Origin: Squalus acanthias
Lineage: Eukaryota
Length of the DNA: 64,000 bases
Direction: 5' to 3'
Assembly (NCBI GenBank): GCA_030390025.1
Contig: JASTWF010000367.1
Span: forward strand, 372,001 to 436,000
Every line of letters begins with the position of its first letter. The stretch's first letter is position 1. The notes below the pieces were generated by a model that was not told the DNA's origin, did not search any database, and worked only from the letters and a program-made list of their open reading frames with translations. Positions 22,144 through 35,780 of the stretch are shown here, piece by piece. Both the position numbers and the translations under genes were made by a program.

Positions 22144-23838
22144 ATGGCACGGCCAGCAATTCAACAGATAAGGGACATTTACTACCATATTCTCGCAGCC
22201 TTCGGTGTTCCCGGTAAGTCAATATCTCTTGTTGCCGAATAGCTGTTAACTATCTCACATTTAATCATTATGTAACAGATTCCGGTCATACTCTCTTCGC
22301 AGAGTCATTTATCCACCGGGATAATAGGTGAATATAATGCGGGAATTCGAGCCGTCCGCGCAGCCGCTGAGGCGCTGTTCTCCTCGGTAGGTGGATTGCA
22401 CCGGGAGCTCAGTATTCCTCCCTATACTGAGGGAGGGCGGGGCTTATTCCCCGGCACCTCCAAACGTTCATAGCCCACTACACAATGTGTTGCTCAGTGT
22501 CCATAATAATCATCTCATTTGTTCCGTTGTTCCCTGTCTACATTAAGTTGATAATTCCTCGGACTGCAGACACCGCCACACAACAGGGCACTTTCAAAGA
22601 TACGTTGAGAAATAATTGCCGCTCAGGAATGTGTTCCCATCCTCCCGGCAGCGGTTGGACATAAATTCAAAGTTTTTGTCTGAGCTGAATATTTTATTTG
22701 TATTATATCTCTCCATTAATTGCTGTGGAATTATGTTTAATACTTGACTGAAAGTTGCTGGAAGGACGGCGGAGTTTCAGTTCCTCTACACTGAGTATTC
22801 AATGATTTCATTACTTTAAATAAGCTGTGAGATTTATCCGAGTGCCCCCGTTACTGACCTCGTCTCCCTTTTTCTCACAGCGAACCTACTGACAATCGTG
22901 ATTCTCTCAGAGGAAACTGCGGCCTTTCCAATTGTATCTCTGTCTACATGGTGGCCATGGCAACAGCAGATCTACTGGTCATGATCATCAATATATTAGT
23001 GAACCGCATTTTACGTTATCACTTTCCACATTCCTTCCTGTCCTACACTGTCGTTTGTAAAATCATTATGTATGTGCAATGTGTCACCGTGTATTTGTCG
23101 GTGTGGTTTACAGTCTCGTTCACATTTGACCGATTTGTAGCTATATGTTGTGAGAAGTTTAAAACCAAGTATTGCACAGTGAGAACTGCGGCCGCGGTTA
23201 TAACAACGGTCTCTGTCCTGATCTGTTTACAGAGCCTCCTCTTTTGGTTTGCATATGAACCTGAGAGAATAACTAACAATGTTCACTGGGGTTGCCGCGC
23301 CAGAGTGGAGTTTTTTTCATCGCCTGCAGGTGTGGCGTTCTCTTGGTTACAAAGCATTTGTTTTAATTGGCTTGCTTTTGCTTTGATATTACTGTTTAAT
23401 TGTTTGACAGTCAGACGTATTTTAGTGGCCAGTAGAGCCCGCAGGGGACTCCGGGGTCACAGCAGTGAGAATCAGAGCGATCCAGGGATGGAGAACCGAA
23501 AGAAATCCATCATTTTACTGTTCAGTGTATCGGGCAGTTTTATACTGTTGTGGCTGACAACTGTTGTTAATTTTGTAACTACCAGAATGACAAGCACCGT
23601 GCTTTACAAAGGTGATTATGCAGCCCCTGCCTATATTGCCACAGAAACCGGATATATGCTCATGTATTTGAGTTCCTGTACAAACACATGCATTTATGCA
23701 ACTACTCAAACTAAATTCAGGGAAGAGCTCAAGCAGGTGATGAAAATTCCTTGGACATTTATTGGAAAAAAAATGAAAAGTCAAACCAAAACTTCCAGTC
23801 CTACCGAGAGCTCAAATACAAACTGCGTTGTATTTTAG
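22144..23838 (+). pseudogene. GPR139-like rhodopsin-class GPCR, copy 1 (exons 22144-22213, 22881-23838), one frameshift
   Basis: Exon 1 MARPAIQQIRDIYYHILAAFGVP then GTAAGT; acceptor tttctcacag; YMVAMATADLL, TFDRFVAIC, SSCTNTCIY. One base is missing at ctctc-agagga (~22908) relative to copy 2; the remainder is open. Confidence 0.85.
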
Positions 23839-26800
23839 AATGTCTGTCTTTCTTTTGTGGATATTAATGATAATAATCCGTCTGCATAACGCTAAATAAG
23901 GACAATTGTGGTATCAGAAAACATTTCTCCCACTTTGCGCCGTGTGTTTGATGTCTGATGCTTTCACGGGTGAACATAATCGGTCCCCGCTGAAACACCA
24001 CCCTTCCCGCTTCAGCAGTGGAGTAGAACATGTGGCGTCAGCGTTAACTGCCTCACGCCGCAGGTACTGGAATGAGACGCTCAGTTCAATTCACAGATAA
24101 AGTTATCTTTAGTGTAGAAACAATGTGTTACAATGGTGGTTATCTGTAATTCGGTAATCTTGGTGTGAATGTTGCAGGCGCTGGTCTCCCCATCAGACGC
24201 GGCCCCCCATTGTCTTCGGGACCAATAGAACGGTGCCCTGTCTCCTGACCAGTGTCTAATAATGGAGACAGTCGGAACTTGACTCGTCAATGTGACATTA
24301 GACATCTTTGTTCGCAGCTATTTACTGAAAATCTCAACTGGTCATCACAATGTTGGAATGCTATAACAGGGGACAGTCCATTCGACCCTATCAGTTCTTG
24401 TCGACTTTTACCCTCCACCCGCGGCAATTGTTCCATACACTTCACCCAGCCGGTCTCAACATCACTTCAACCTATTTTTATTTAGCCGTCTATACAATTT
24501 AATCTTCAATATTGATATTATTTCTGCCTCGTTATTTCCATCGTCTCACAACACTCCATGTAAAGGGGTTTTCATACCTTTAGTTCTAAATCTCTGACAT
24601 GTATCATTTTATCTCTGGCCCTTTGTTTTTGATCCTTCAACTAACGGAAGATTCTGCTTCTATCTATCCTGTGCCATCCTTTCTTAAAGTAAACCACCTG
24701 GGTACGACTCGCCTAAAGATATGAGTCTGGTATCAAAGCACAGTCTAGTGAAAGTCTGGAAAGTGTACTTAAGATGGTTAATTGCAAGCTTTCTCTTGGT
24801 GATGTCTGAATCCTTGATTTGGCTAAAGAAATAAAATAATATATTTGATAGCCAGGCAAATACCCGAAACATTGTGACGTGTCGTACATGAGCAACCAGC
24901 ATGCTCTATGCGTGATGAAAATACGCTGAGGAATGGATCCAAAACATGGTCAGTCACGCAGACAACACCATTACATGAAATGGTTATTGTGGCTCTGGAT
25001 AGTGAGAACTTATGTAAAATTAATGGAAGGAGATCTGCGCAATAGAATAGGCCGAGATAGATTTATGATGCTAAGGAGATATTGTTTGGTGTTCACCTTA
25101 AATCCTCTAACGACAACAAAGGGGGCGCTGTAAGGAATGGATTAATCAGGTTATCATAACGAACGCCAATGTTATATGGTATGGGTTTCTCTTTATATTG
25201 TAGCAATGTTAACCTTTAGCCTTGTCCTGTTAAGCAGGGAAGCACTGGTCTGTTTAAAGTACCGCTGGGCTATTGGGCCAGGCCAGACCATGAAACAATA
25301 GTCAGTTTCAGGATGAAGTAATAAGCGATGTAATTAAACACATGTCACTGCAAACAGATTCACCAATTTCAGGGAACTTTAATCATTTGGTAACAGTTTG
25401 GGAATAGAGTTAGTTCTGCAAAGGAAAACATCTGGGCATCCATCATCATTTTCAATTACTACAATAGATAGAGAAACAGACAGAATTACTGTTAAACGTT
25501 TCACTTGGTACAACTGCAATTATATGGGTCAAGAGTGAAACTATCGATCAGAAAAGTCAATTAAATTATCTTTATGTGGAGTTTGATTTTAACTTTGATA
25601 TCATTGTGTAAAGCAGAATTGTGAGGATTGTCAAGTAGAGGGAGTGAGAAAAATGAATAAAAACGAATAGTTTTAATGAGTATTTGGTTTGGTAAAGGCC
25701 TAAGATATTGAGCTCAGGACTGTGACATGTTTGGGTCCCCACACCAACCATCATCAGGTGTGGTTCTCATTCCTACCTTTTAAGTGTGTGTGTAAGGACT
25801 ATTGCATGTATTATGTGCTTAATAAACCTATGGCACCTCACGCCAATGTTCAAGAACATTATTGAAAAGCTTATGCTGACAATAGCCTTTGTACTTCAAT
25901 TGTGAATGGGCTCCATTTACTAACTGTGATTATGAGCCCGCTTTACCCGTCACTCTTTAACGTTCCACTTGACCCAGACGTTCTCCAAAACGAAAATCCT
26001 CTTGGTTGCAGGGCCGCGTGGAGCCTGGACTCTGCCAATCCGGCTGGTATCCAGCTTCTGGGGTAAGTGGTGATTAGTGGCGGGTGGTTTTGTATAAGAG
26101 ACACATTCTCATTTACCTGATGCGGACAACCAGTCGTATTTAAGGCCCGAGTCAGGCAGCCGGCAGAGGTTTTAGTTCCATCAGTTAAAGATGTTCTGCA
26201 CCCAGCTGCAATCCTGAGAAGGCGACGTTCAATCAATCACATCATCCAAACTCCACAGGCAAAATAGAAAGTAAAGGCATGAATAATTAACCGTTATATT
26301 ACCGTGTCACATTCAATCTGGTGTGGTTGTGATTCCCCGTCCACTTTTTCTAATTAACCAGTTGTTGTATTCCCTTGTGTTTCTCTATTTCTAATTAAAC
26401 AGTTACTGTGTTTCCCTGACATTCCCCTCGCCTCTATTTATAAATAAACAGTTGCTGTCTTCCCCTGTCCCCTACTTCTGAATGAAGGGTTATTGTGTTC
26501 TGCTGGTCCCTATTTATAATATCAGTTGCCGTATTCCCCTGCCCTCTATTTCTAAATAAGCCATTACTGTGTTCCCCTATATTCCTTTATTCTATTTCTA
26601 ATTAACAGTTCGTTGGTTCCATTTAATTTTCCTGTTCTCAATTTCTAATTAAACATTTACATTGTTCCCCTAAATTTCCCTTTATTCTATTTCTTTTTAT
26701 GCTTCTCGTGTTTCGCTGAATTCCCCTGTCCTCTAGTTTTCATTCTAAAGATTAGGAGCAAGTCTGTTCCATAGATAGACCGTCGCTCAATGAAATAACG

Positions 26801-27829
26801 GTTCCAGAAATTAGTTTTGAATTTACCCCCCACCAATCTCAGGCCATGTCCTCTGGTTTTACAGTTCTGGACAAGATAACATAGCTCGTAATGATCCACA
26901 TTACCTAGTGGATAAAGAGTAGTGTCTCGCACATATTCAGGTGCCGGATATTCCTGTGCCCTTTTTATGTTTGTCATAGGATTGTTAACATGAGAAGGGT
27001 AATGGAACTTCTGGTGCTGAGGCCAGCTACAATTCAACAGTTTCAGTAATTTACACGGGGCCGTATTTTGCGGACCTCCGGGTGGGTACGACTTGCGCAC
27101 GACTCCGTAGGGGCCACGCAAGTTCCGGGTTTAGGCATGCGAAGTGCATGCCCTAAAATATCGGAAATTGCAATCTGGCGCAGATTTGCGCTATTTGTCC
27201 AACTACTGGCCAGCAGTTACTGACGGAACTACAACGACAGAAAAAAAAGCAGGCTCACAGCCGGCATTCTTTCTGAAGAAGAAGCAGGAAGAAGACGTGG
27301 AAGTCAGGGGGCTGGAAAACCGGACTGTTTTAACTGTTAAAGTTAACAAAGTTCTTGGTACAAAGCCTAAGTTTTTAACAGCTTTAATTTGTTAAATATT
27401 TCTTTGGTTTTAGATTTAGTTCTGAGGAGTGTCGGTGATTAGAAGAGGAACTTTCGCTGTGGACAATGTGAGCATTCTATTCAAATAGATTTCTTTTCTT
27501 AAAACTTGAAAATGACTGTTTAAAAATGATTTTGTTCACATTTACTCATGTTTAAAATTATGCCAGAATATATGAATGTTTTAAATGTAAACTTCTTTAT
27601 GCTGTATAAAAATTAATGTATTACTTTGTAAAATGTTTTAAAAGACTTAGAAATTGTTCTCAGGCGGGTCTGACGGGCGGCCGATCCGATACCGCCCGTT
27701 TCCCGCCACCGCCCGCCGTGAATTTCTAACCACTCACTTTATTAATATGACGTTTACAACTCTTTCCATTTCTTCTCAACAGTTACTGCATCTATTTAAA
27801 GAGGTAGCCTGTGAGGGAGAATCATGCCT

Positions 27830-28980
27830 CATGAGGAGTTTGCCCCAATCTTTTGTGTGATTCTGGCCCATACAATCGAAAACGCCAGGGAACAACAATG
27901 AAGACTGAGGAACCACCTAATCAGGAGGAACGACTACCCACCCAGAGAGGGTACAGGGAGAGGCTCTCTTTTCAGATGATGTCAGAGGAGTTGAGTGTGA
28001 GCAGGCTGCGCTTTAACAAAGAGACAATCTGCCGACTATGCCACATGTTAAAGGACGGCCTTCAAACACGCTCGAAGACCCTCACTTGCTTGTCAGTGTC
28101 CATGAAGGTAGCCACAGCACTGAACTTCTTTGCATGCGGGTCATTCAGTCAGGCACCTGTGACATTTCAAACATCTCCCAGAGTGCTCGAGGGCCTGCTT
28201 TCACCAGGTCACAGATGCAATATTCCGCAGGGCTTCAGAGTTCATAGACTTCAACTTGTCCACTCGGCAGCAAAAGGAGAGGCCCTTGCATTTTATAGGA
28301 TTGCTGGCTTCCCCAAAGTGATTGGGGCCGTCGGTGGAACCCATGTTGAATTAAAGGCACCAATTGATGCACCTCTGACATACATCAACAGGAAGGGGTT
28401 TCACTCATTAAATGTAATAATCATCTGTGATGCGCAACTCAGGATCCTCAACATGAATGCAGTTCACCGGGGAAGTGCTCATGGCTCCTTCGTCCTCCGT
28501 CACTCGGACTTATATAGCGCCCACAGTACATTGCCTCGAGGATCCGCATGGATATTGGGTGACAAGAGCTACCCGATAAAACCATGGTTGATGACACCAT
28601 ACCCAGGACCAATAATGAGGCTCAGCAGAGATACAATGGGGCACACGTGTCCACACGGCAAGTGGTGGAGAGGACAATCGGGGTTCTGAAATCACACTTC
28701 CGGTGCCTGGACAGGACGGGGGCGGGGGGGGGGGGGGGGGGTGGAGTTTGCAGTATTCTCCTCTGAAAGTGGCAAGGATTGTGGTGGCCTTTTGTGCTTT
28801 GCATAACTTTGCCCTGCGGGAAGGACTGACCCTTAACACTGCAGAGGAGCTCCCTGATGAAATGTAGTAAAAGGAGGATGCCAATATCTTTGTGGCCAGG
28901 CCTGATGGGGAGGAGCCAAGTGCTGCCGAAACCAAAGCTGCCAGGGAACTGCTAGTAGCCAACACCTTCACGAGGTGATG
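27830..28980 (+). pseudogene. PIF/Harbinger transposase (HARBI1-like), decayed; element extends roughly 27057-29650
   Basis: ALNFFACGSF, GFPKVIGAVGGTHV, YINRKGFHSLNV, ILGDKSYP, VVERTIGVLKSHFRCL, CALHNF; several frameshifts; expected D of DGTH and HDS replaced by G. Confidence 0.9.
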
Positions 28981-29659
28981 ATAGTGTCGCCTCCTACCTC
29001 CCCTCCCCCAGCAAGGCACAGAAAAGAACAGATACAATTTAAAGTGAAACATTGAACGTTTATTGCACCATTAAAGACTTTTGTTATGCTGTTTTGATGT
29101 TCTACGTCTTTAAATACAAATTGTTAGCTAGCTATTTTCTACATTGTAAACATTTGCAAAGATAAATTGGTTGATAAAAAATGTAAACCGTTTAATGTGA
29201 CTTTTTGGGTTTCTCAGTGCAATAAAAACTTTACATTGAAGATGAAATCTAGCTATTTTCTAATTTTTTAAACAGTTGTAATGTTCAATTGACTGTTAAT
29301 AAAAAAAAGTTGAAGAAAGAAATAAAGTGACTGGAGGCTTTACATATAAAACGAAATGGTTAAATACACTATGAGTCAGAAATATAAATTTCACGAAATA
29401 ACACAACGCCAGCATTTAAATAACAGCAAACATTAAAAAATTGCCAGTTATCCCCCTCGCATCTGTGCCTGAGGATCGAAGGAGGTGAATTGTGCAAAAG
29501 GTGGCACCTACTGTCTCCTGTGCTTTCCCCTTCCCCGTGACCGGAGCCCTCTCAGGCCAAGTGAAAGGCCCCTGTGGACAATCTCTGGCCCTTCAGCAAC
29601 TGGCTCGTGACAAGGTTACTGCTGCTGCTGCTGCTGAAAGGCAACATATACATGCAGAT

Positions 29660-30450
29660 TAAAGCTACCTCTACACCGTCCCATCAAACACTCCCAGGTC
29701 AGGTACAGCATGGGTTACATACAGTGTAAAGCATATTTAAACTGCCGATAAAATACTCCCGCGACAGCTCCAGCACGGGTCACATGCAGAGTAAATCTCC
29801 CTTCACACTATCCCATCAAAGACGCCCACGACAGGTCCAGCACGGGGTAAATATTGAGTAAAGCTCCCTCCAAACTATCCCATCCAAGACTCCCACAATA
29901 GTTCCAGCACGGGGTTGATATAGAGTGAAGCTCCCTCCACACCATTCCATCAAAGTCTCCAAGGTCAGGAATAGCCTAGGTTACATACAGAGTAAATCTC
30001 CCACCACATTATCCCATCAAAGACTCCCACGACAGGTCCAGCACGGGGTAGATATAGAGTAAAGCTCACTCCACACTATCCCATCAAAGATTCACAGATC
30101 AGGAATACATGGGTTACATACAGAGTAAAGCTCCCTCTATACTATCCCATCAAAGTCTCCAAGTTCAGGAATAGCATGGGTTACATACAGAGTAAAGCTC
30201 CCTCCATACTAACCCATCAAAGACTCCAAGGTGAGGTACAGCACGGGTTGCATACAGAAAGCTCCCTCGACACTTTTCCATCAAACACTCCCAGGGCAGG
30301 TAGGCAGGAGTTGGATACATTGTAAATCTAACTGTATTATCGTTTATCAAGCACAGTGAACTCAGATACAGCATGAGATCAAAGCAGCGTACAGCTCCTC
30401 TTGCACTACCCAATGAACCTCACCATCTCACGTACAGCATGGTATGAATA
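29660..30450. repeat. ~67-bp minisatellite (agagtaaagctccctc...cccatcaaa...cagcacggg)
   Basis: About 11 degenerate tandem copies. Confidence 0.9.
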
Positions 30451-30873
30451 CAGGACAGAAATCCCTGTACATGTGAGTATCACGCACTCCCAGGTGAGGT
30501 ATAGGCGAGCTTTACATACCAGTGAATCCACAGTCAAATTATCGCATCAAATACCGAGACTTCTGACAAAAATTAAACGGCGCCCAATAGCTTGATAGAA
30601 TCTCACCTTGAAAAAATACTGTACTTATGGGATTCCCAGCCTTTCCAATCATTGATGAAGCTTCCTGGTTTATGCCGTCTTGTCCAATGTGAGTGTTGGT
30701 CCCACCAGGTCTGTTCTGTGAAATCAGAGACCTTTCTCTAGTTCCAGTTAGTTCATAAAATCAGCGTCAGTTCTTTATATTATCGGCCCGCACCACAGAA
30801 AACACTCCTGACACCACAAAAGTGGCAGGAAATCCCCCTTAGAGAGACCACATTGGCACGGGTGTGGCGAATT

Positions 30874-31226
30874 AAACCATGTTGTACTGGGAGTGTCTCT
30901 GAGTCTGTTGCTGAGGCCCATGTGCTGCCTTTGGCCGATACTACAATGGGGCTGGTGTGGGGAATGAAGCCATGTTTTACTGGGAGTCTCTGTGAGTCTG
31001 TTACTGAGGCCCATGTGCTGCATTTGGCCGGTTTACAATGGGGCTGGTGTGGGGAATGAAACCATGTTGTACTGGGAGTCTCTCTGAGTCTGTTGCTGAG
31101 GCCCATGTGCTGCATTTGGCCGATATTACAATGGGGCTGGTGTGGGGAATGAAACCATGTTGTACTGGGAGTCTCTGTGAGTCTGTTACTGAGGCCCATG
31201 TGCTGCCTTTGGCCGACACTACAATG
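30874..31226. repeat. ~93-bp tandem repeat, four near-identical copies (last partial)
   Basis: Unit starts at 30874, 30967, 31059, 31152. Confidence 0.95.
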
Positions 31227-32825
31227 CCGTCCCAGCAAAGTGTTAGAGTTTGAAAATGACACCCCGGGAGATGCTGGGTAGATCCAGTTTATTGCAGAAT
31301 GACTGGAACCAAGTGAACTCAGAAAGTCCACCAGTGGGTGAAAGCCCTTTGCTCCGGGCTGTAAAAGCCAACAGTCCCCTGTCGGAATCACTGGCCATGG
31401 CGGGAGCGGCTCGGATTTGGTCAGAGTGGCCGGAGATCAGTGAATTCGGCGAAGAGGGTCTGAGACCCATTGATGCTGGGGCTGAATTTCCTTCATTCGA
31501 CACTGGACCTGAAGGTCCCATTCAGCTGTGGACAGACTCCAAGAGCTGTGCCCATGGGTCGGGGATTTCTGGGGCTATCGCTTTGTGTCCGGAATGGTCT
31601 GTCTGGAATGTTTCCTCTCTTTAAAGAGCCGGGAAAGAATCCTTCAGTACCTTGCACTCCCTCCATGGTCTGTGGGATCTACAGCCCGATCCTCTGCTGG
31701 GATCCAGTACGTCGTCTCACGGGAGCATCACAACCGTCAAGGCCTTTCTCACAGTTTTACTCCTGAGCCCTCAGCCCCATGGGATTAACTCTGAACAGTA
31801 AGTTCAGGAATCTAATCCTTTTTAATCAGTAGTATTTCTCTATTTGGAGTTCCAGCTCCTACTCACTCCCCTAGTTTACCAGGAGTTCACTGATCAGATG
31901 GTCCTTCATTTCTTTGCGACGTTTGTTATTTTCACCATCCTGTGATCCCCTGGTCTGCAGCAGCGGTCGCGGTTTGTGGTTATAATGCTTTGTGTTCCAG
32001 CTGAATATTAAGTTTGAATTCACATCTTTCCAGTAATTGTTTGTAAATTATATTGAATACAGCTGGCATCTGATGCCGCTCCCGAGATCCCCCTCGCCAA
32101 TTAAACCGATGAGATTAAATGTAAAATTCCATCGATTGCTCCCTGGGTCCGCTGTAGTAACTCATCAAATTGGCTCGGTGCATCACATGGTCCCAGCCTC
32201 ATGCCGGGATGGTTTCAGCGCTCCACACTGCAATGGAATGTGTGTTTGGATGTATGTAAGGGAATCCGCTTCATTATTGTCTCTCGAATATGATCAAGTT
32301 ACAGAACCAACCATGGTTTCGCTTTAAGTGTATTTTATCTGTAACTGTACCGTCCCTGCGAGGTACTCCGGCTTGGCCTGGATCGCACAGTTAGAGTGTG
32401 AATGGAGGCTCAGTCTAGTGTCAGGGGCGATAGTGATTGAAATTGCAATCGGGAAAGATGTATGACGGACGGCTGATCCAATGTCGCCGGTTTTACATTA
32501 TCTCACAAAGTTAATATCCTCCTATATCAGGGTCTGGGTGTCTGTGGTGGTGGGGATCGCTCTCCGTGTCCATTCCCGATACTGAATCCGAGCGACACTC
32601 CTCCCCGCGCCGCCTTGACATCGTCTGACTGATGTATGCTGGAAGGATGGTCATTCTCAGTCCCTCTATAGTGAGTGTAGTATGATATAATTATTTTGAA
32701 CAAAATGTGGACAACGCTCACCGAAATAAAAAATAATAGAAACACATCTCAACATTTCCCCACAATAAGCTGTGAGATTTATCTGAGTGTTCCCGTTACT
32801 GACCTCTTGCCTCTCTTTCTCACAG

Positions 32826-33731
32826 CGAACCTACTGACAATGGTGATTCTCTCCGGAGGAAACTGCGGCCTTTCCAAGTGTATCTCTGTCTACATGGTGG
32901 CCATGGCAACAGCAGATCTACAGGTCATGATCCTCAATGTAATAGTGATAGTAATTGGTACAAATCGCTTTCAACATTCCTTCCTGTCCTACACTGCCGT
33001 TTGTAATATCATTATTTACATCAATTCTACCAGCCTGGAAAAGTCGGTGTGGTTTACAATCTTGTTCACATTTGTCAGATTTCTAGCCTTATGTTGTCAG
33101 AAGATTAAAACAAATTATTGCAGAGTGAGAACTGCGGATGTGGCCATAACAACGCTCTCTGTCCTGATCTGTTTACAAAGCATTCCAGATTTGATTGCCT
33201 ATAAACCTGAACGAACCATTAACAATATTCATTGGGTTTGTTACCCCGGACTGGACTATTTTCCATCGCCTGGAGGTGTCGTGTTCTCCCGGTTACAAGG
33301 TATTTTAACGACGTGGTTTCCTTTTGCTTTGTTATTACTGTTTAATTGTTTGACAGTCAGACGTATTTTAGTGGCCAATTGAGCCCGCAGGAGACTCCGG
33401 CGTCACAGCAGTAAGAATCAGAGCGATCCAGAGATTGAGAACCGAAGGGCATCCATCATTTTACTGTTCACTGTATCGGGCAGTTTTATACTGTTGTGGC
33501 TGAAATCTGTCGTTAGTTTTTTTAACTACCAAACTGAGAAACCCCGAGCATTACCGACCCGATTATACAAATCCTCCATCCATCCCCACTGATACCGGAT
33601 ATCTGCTCATGTATTTGAGTTCCTGTACAAACACGTATATTTATGCAGCTACACAAACTAAATTCAGGGAAGAGCTGAAGAAGGTGATGAGATCTCCTTG
33701 GACATTGATTCTGATATTAGTTAAAAAATAA
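32826..33731 (+). pseudogene. GPR139-like GPCR, copy 2 (exon 2 only)
   Basis: Paralogous to 22881-23838; premature TGA 33380-33382, frameshift in T-run ~33520, DRF changed to VRF; no recognisable exon 1 upstream. Confidence 0.88.
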
Positions 33732-34069
33732 AGAATCAAAGCAAAGCTTCCAGTCCTAACTAGAGTTAAATTACAGCCAGTGTTCCATTTTAGAATGGCC
33801 ATCTTCCTGTTAGGACGGAAATGTTTTTTTGTTGTGAAAGGAAACAGGTATCAGAAAACATTTTTCTCACTTTGTGCTGTGTGTTTGTTGTCTGCTGCTT
33901 TCTCCGGGTGAACATAATCGATTCCCGTAAAACAGCGCCCTTCCCGCTCAAGGTTCAAAGATAATTCACATAAATGCAAGTTGGTGGTTTTTTAGACTAA
34001 TTGATAAGAATTTGATTGCTATGCCTAGTCAAAAGCTCCATTATCAACAGTAACAAGATTTCCAAATTG

Positions 34070-35780
34070 CATAGGATTACACAGGACATACGGCACTGAA
34101 ACAGGCCATTCGGCCCAACCAGTCTATGCCGGCGTTTATGCTCTGCTCGAGCCTCCTCCTGCTTTCCTCATCTAAATCTATCAGCATAACCCTCGATTCC
34201 TTTGTCCCTCAGATGTTTGTCTAGCCTCCCCTTAAATGCATCTATACTATTCACTTCAACCACTCCCTGTGTTAGCGACTTCCAGATTCTCACCACTCTT
34301 TGGGTAAAGGAATTTCTTCTGAATTTCCTCTTGGATTTCTTGGTGACTATCTTATATTGATGGCCTCTAATTATGTTCTTCCACACAAGTGGAAACATTC
34401 TCTCTGTATCCACTCTATCAAACCTTTCGTAATTGTAAATATCTATATTTGGTCACCACTCAGCCTTTTTTCAAGAGGAAAGAGACCCAGCCTGTTCATC
34501 CTTTCCTGATACGTATACCCTCGCAATTCTTGTAAATCTTCTCTGCACCCTCTCCAGTGCCTCTATATCCTTTTTATAATATGGCGATCAGATCTGTGTT
34601 CAGTACTCTAAGTGTGGTCTAAACAAGGTTCGATACAAGTTTAGCATAACTTCCCTACTTTTCAATTATATACCACTAGAAATAAACCCTAGTGCTTGGT
34701 TTGCTTTTTTTATGGCCTTGGTAACCTGTGACGCAAATTTTAGTGATTTTTGTATTTGTACTCCGATAGCCCTTTGTTCCTCTACCCAACCTAGACTCGC
34801 ACCCAAGTAATATTGATCTCCCTATTCTTCCTACCAAAATGTAATACCTCACATTTATCTGTGTTGAACTTCATTTGGCAATTATATGCCCATTCTGCAA
34901 TTTTATTAATGTCATCCTGTAATTTGTTGCAGTCCTCCTCAGTATTGACTACTCCCACCCCCCCCCCCCAATTTGGTGTCATCCGCAAATTTAGACATTG
35001 TGTTTTTAATTCCAAAGTCTAAACCGTTAATGTAAATTGTGAACAACAGTGGTCCCAGCACTGATCCTTTTGAACACCACAACCCAACTTCTGACACTGT
35101 GAATAGCTACCTTTTACCCATACTGTCGGCTTTCATTCTTGAAGCCAGCCAGCTATCCATTCTGCTACTTGCCCCCTGACTCTGCATTCTCTGACCTTAT
35201 TCAAAAGATTATTATGGGATACATTTTTCATGGCCTTTTGAACATGTAGATAAATTACAACTACTACATTTCAATTGTCTACTCTTTCTGTTACCTCTTC
35301 AAAAAATTCAATGAGGTTGGTGAAGCAAGACTTTCCCTTTAGAAAACCATGCTGACTATTCATTAGTATGTTTTTGGTCTCTCGATGTTATTCTATTTTC
35401 TCCTTTAGTCGGGATTCAATTATGTTTTCGACCACTGCTGTTAAACTGACTGGTCTATAATTTCCTCGACATGTTCTATCCTCCTTCTTAAATATAGGTC
35501 TTATGTTAGGTATCTGCCAGTCCTCTGGCACTACACCTTGTTCTAACGAATCATTAAATATGAATAATAATGCCTCTGCTATCTCCTCCCTAGATTCGTT
35601 TAAAATGCTTGGATGTATTCCATCTGGACCAGGGGTTTAATCCTCTTTGAGTTTGATTAGTTTATTTAATATATCCCCTCATTTCATTTTATCTGCACTT
35701 ATTTCATTATTAATCTCGTCATCCAATGTCATGTCCACCTGTTCTATCTCGCTGGTAAATACTGAAGCAAAATAATGATT
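34070..35780 (-). mobile_element. CR1 LINE, 5'-truncated, decayed ORF2 and 3' tail
   Basis: MKFNTDKCEVLHFGRKN and FTQRVVRIWKSL on the minus strand. Confidence 0.9.

Noticed and set aside
27853..28689. Domesticated HARBI1 gene or active transposase
   Set aside because: Frameshifts and loss of catalytic-motif aspartates indicate a dead transposon copy.
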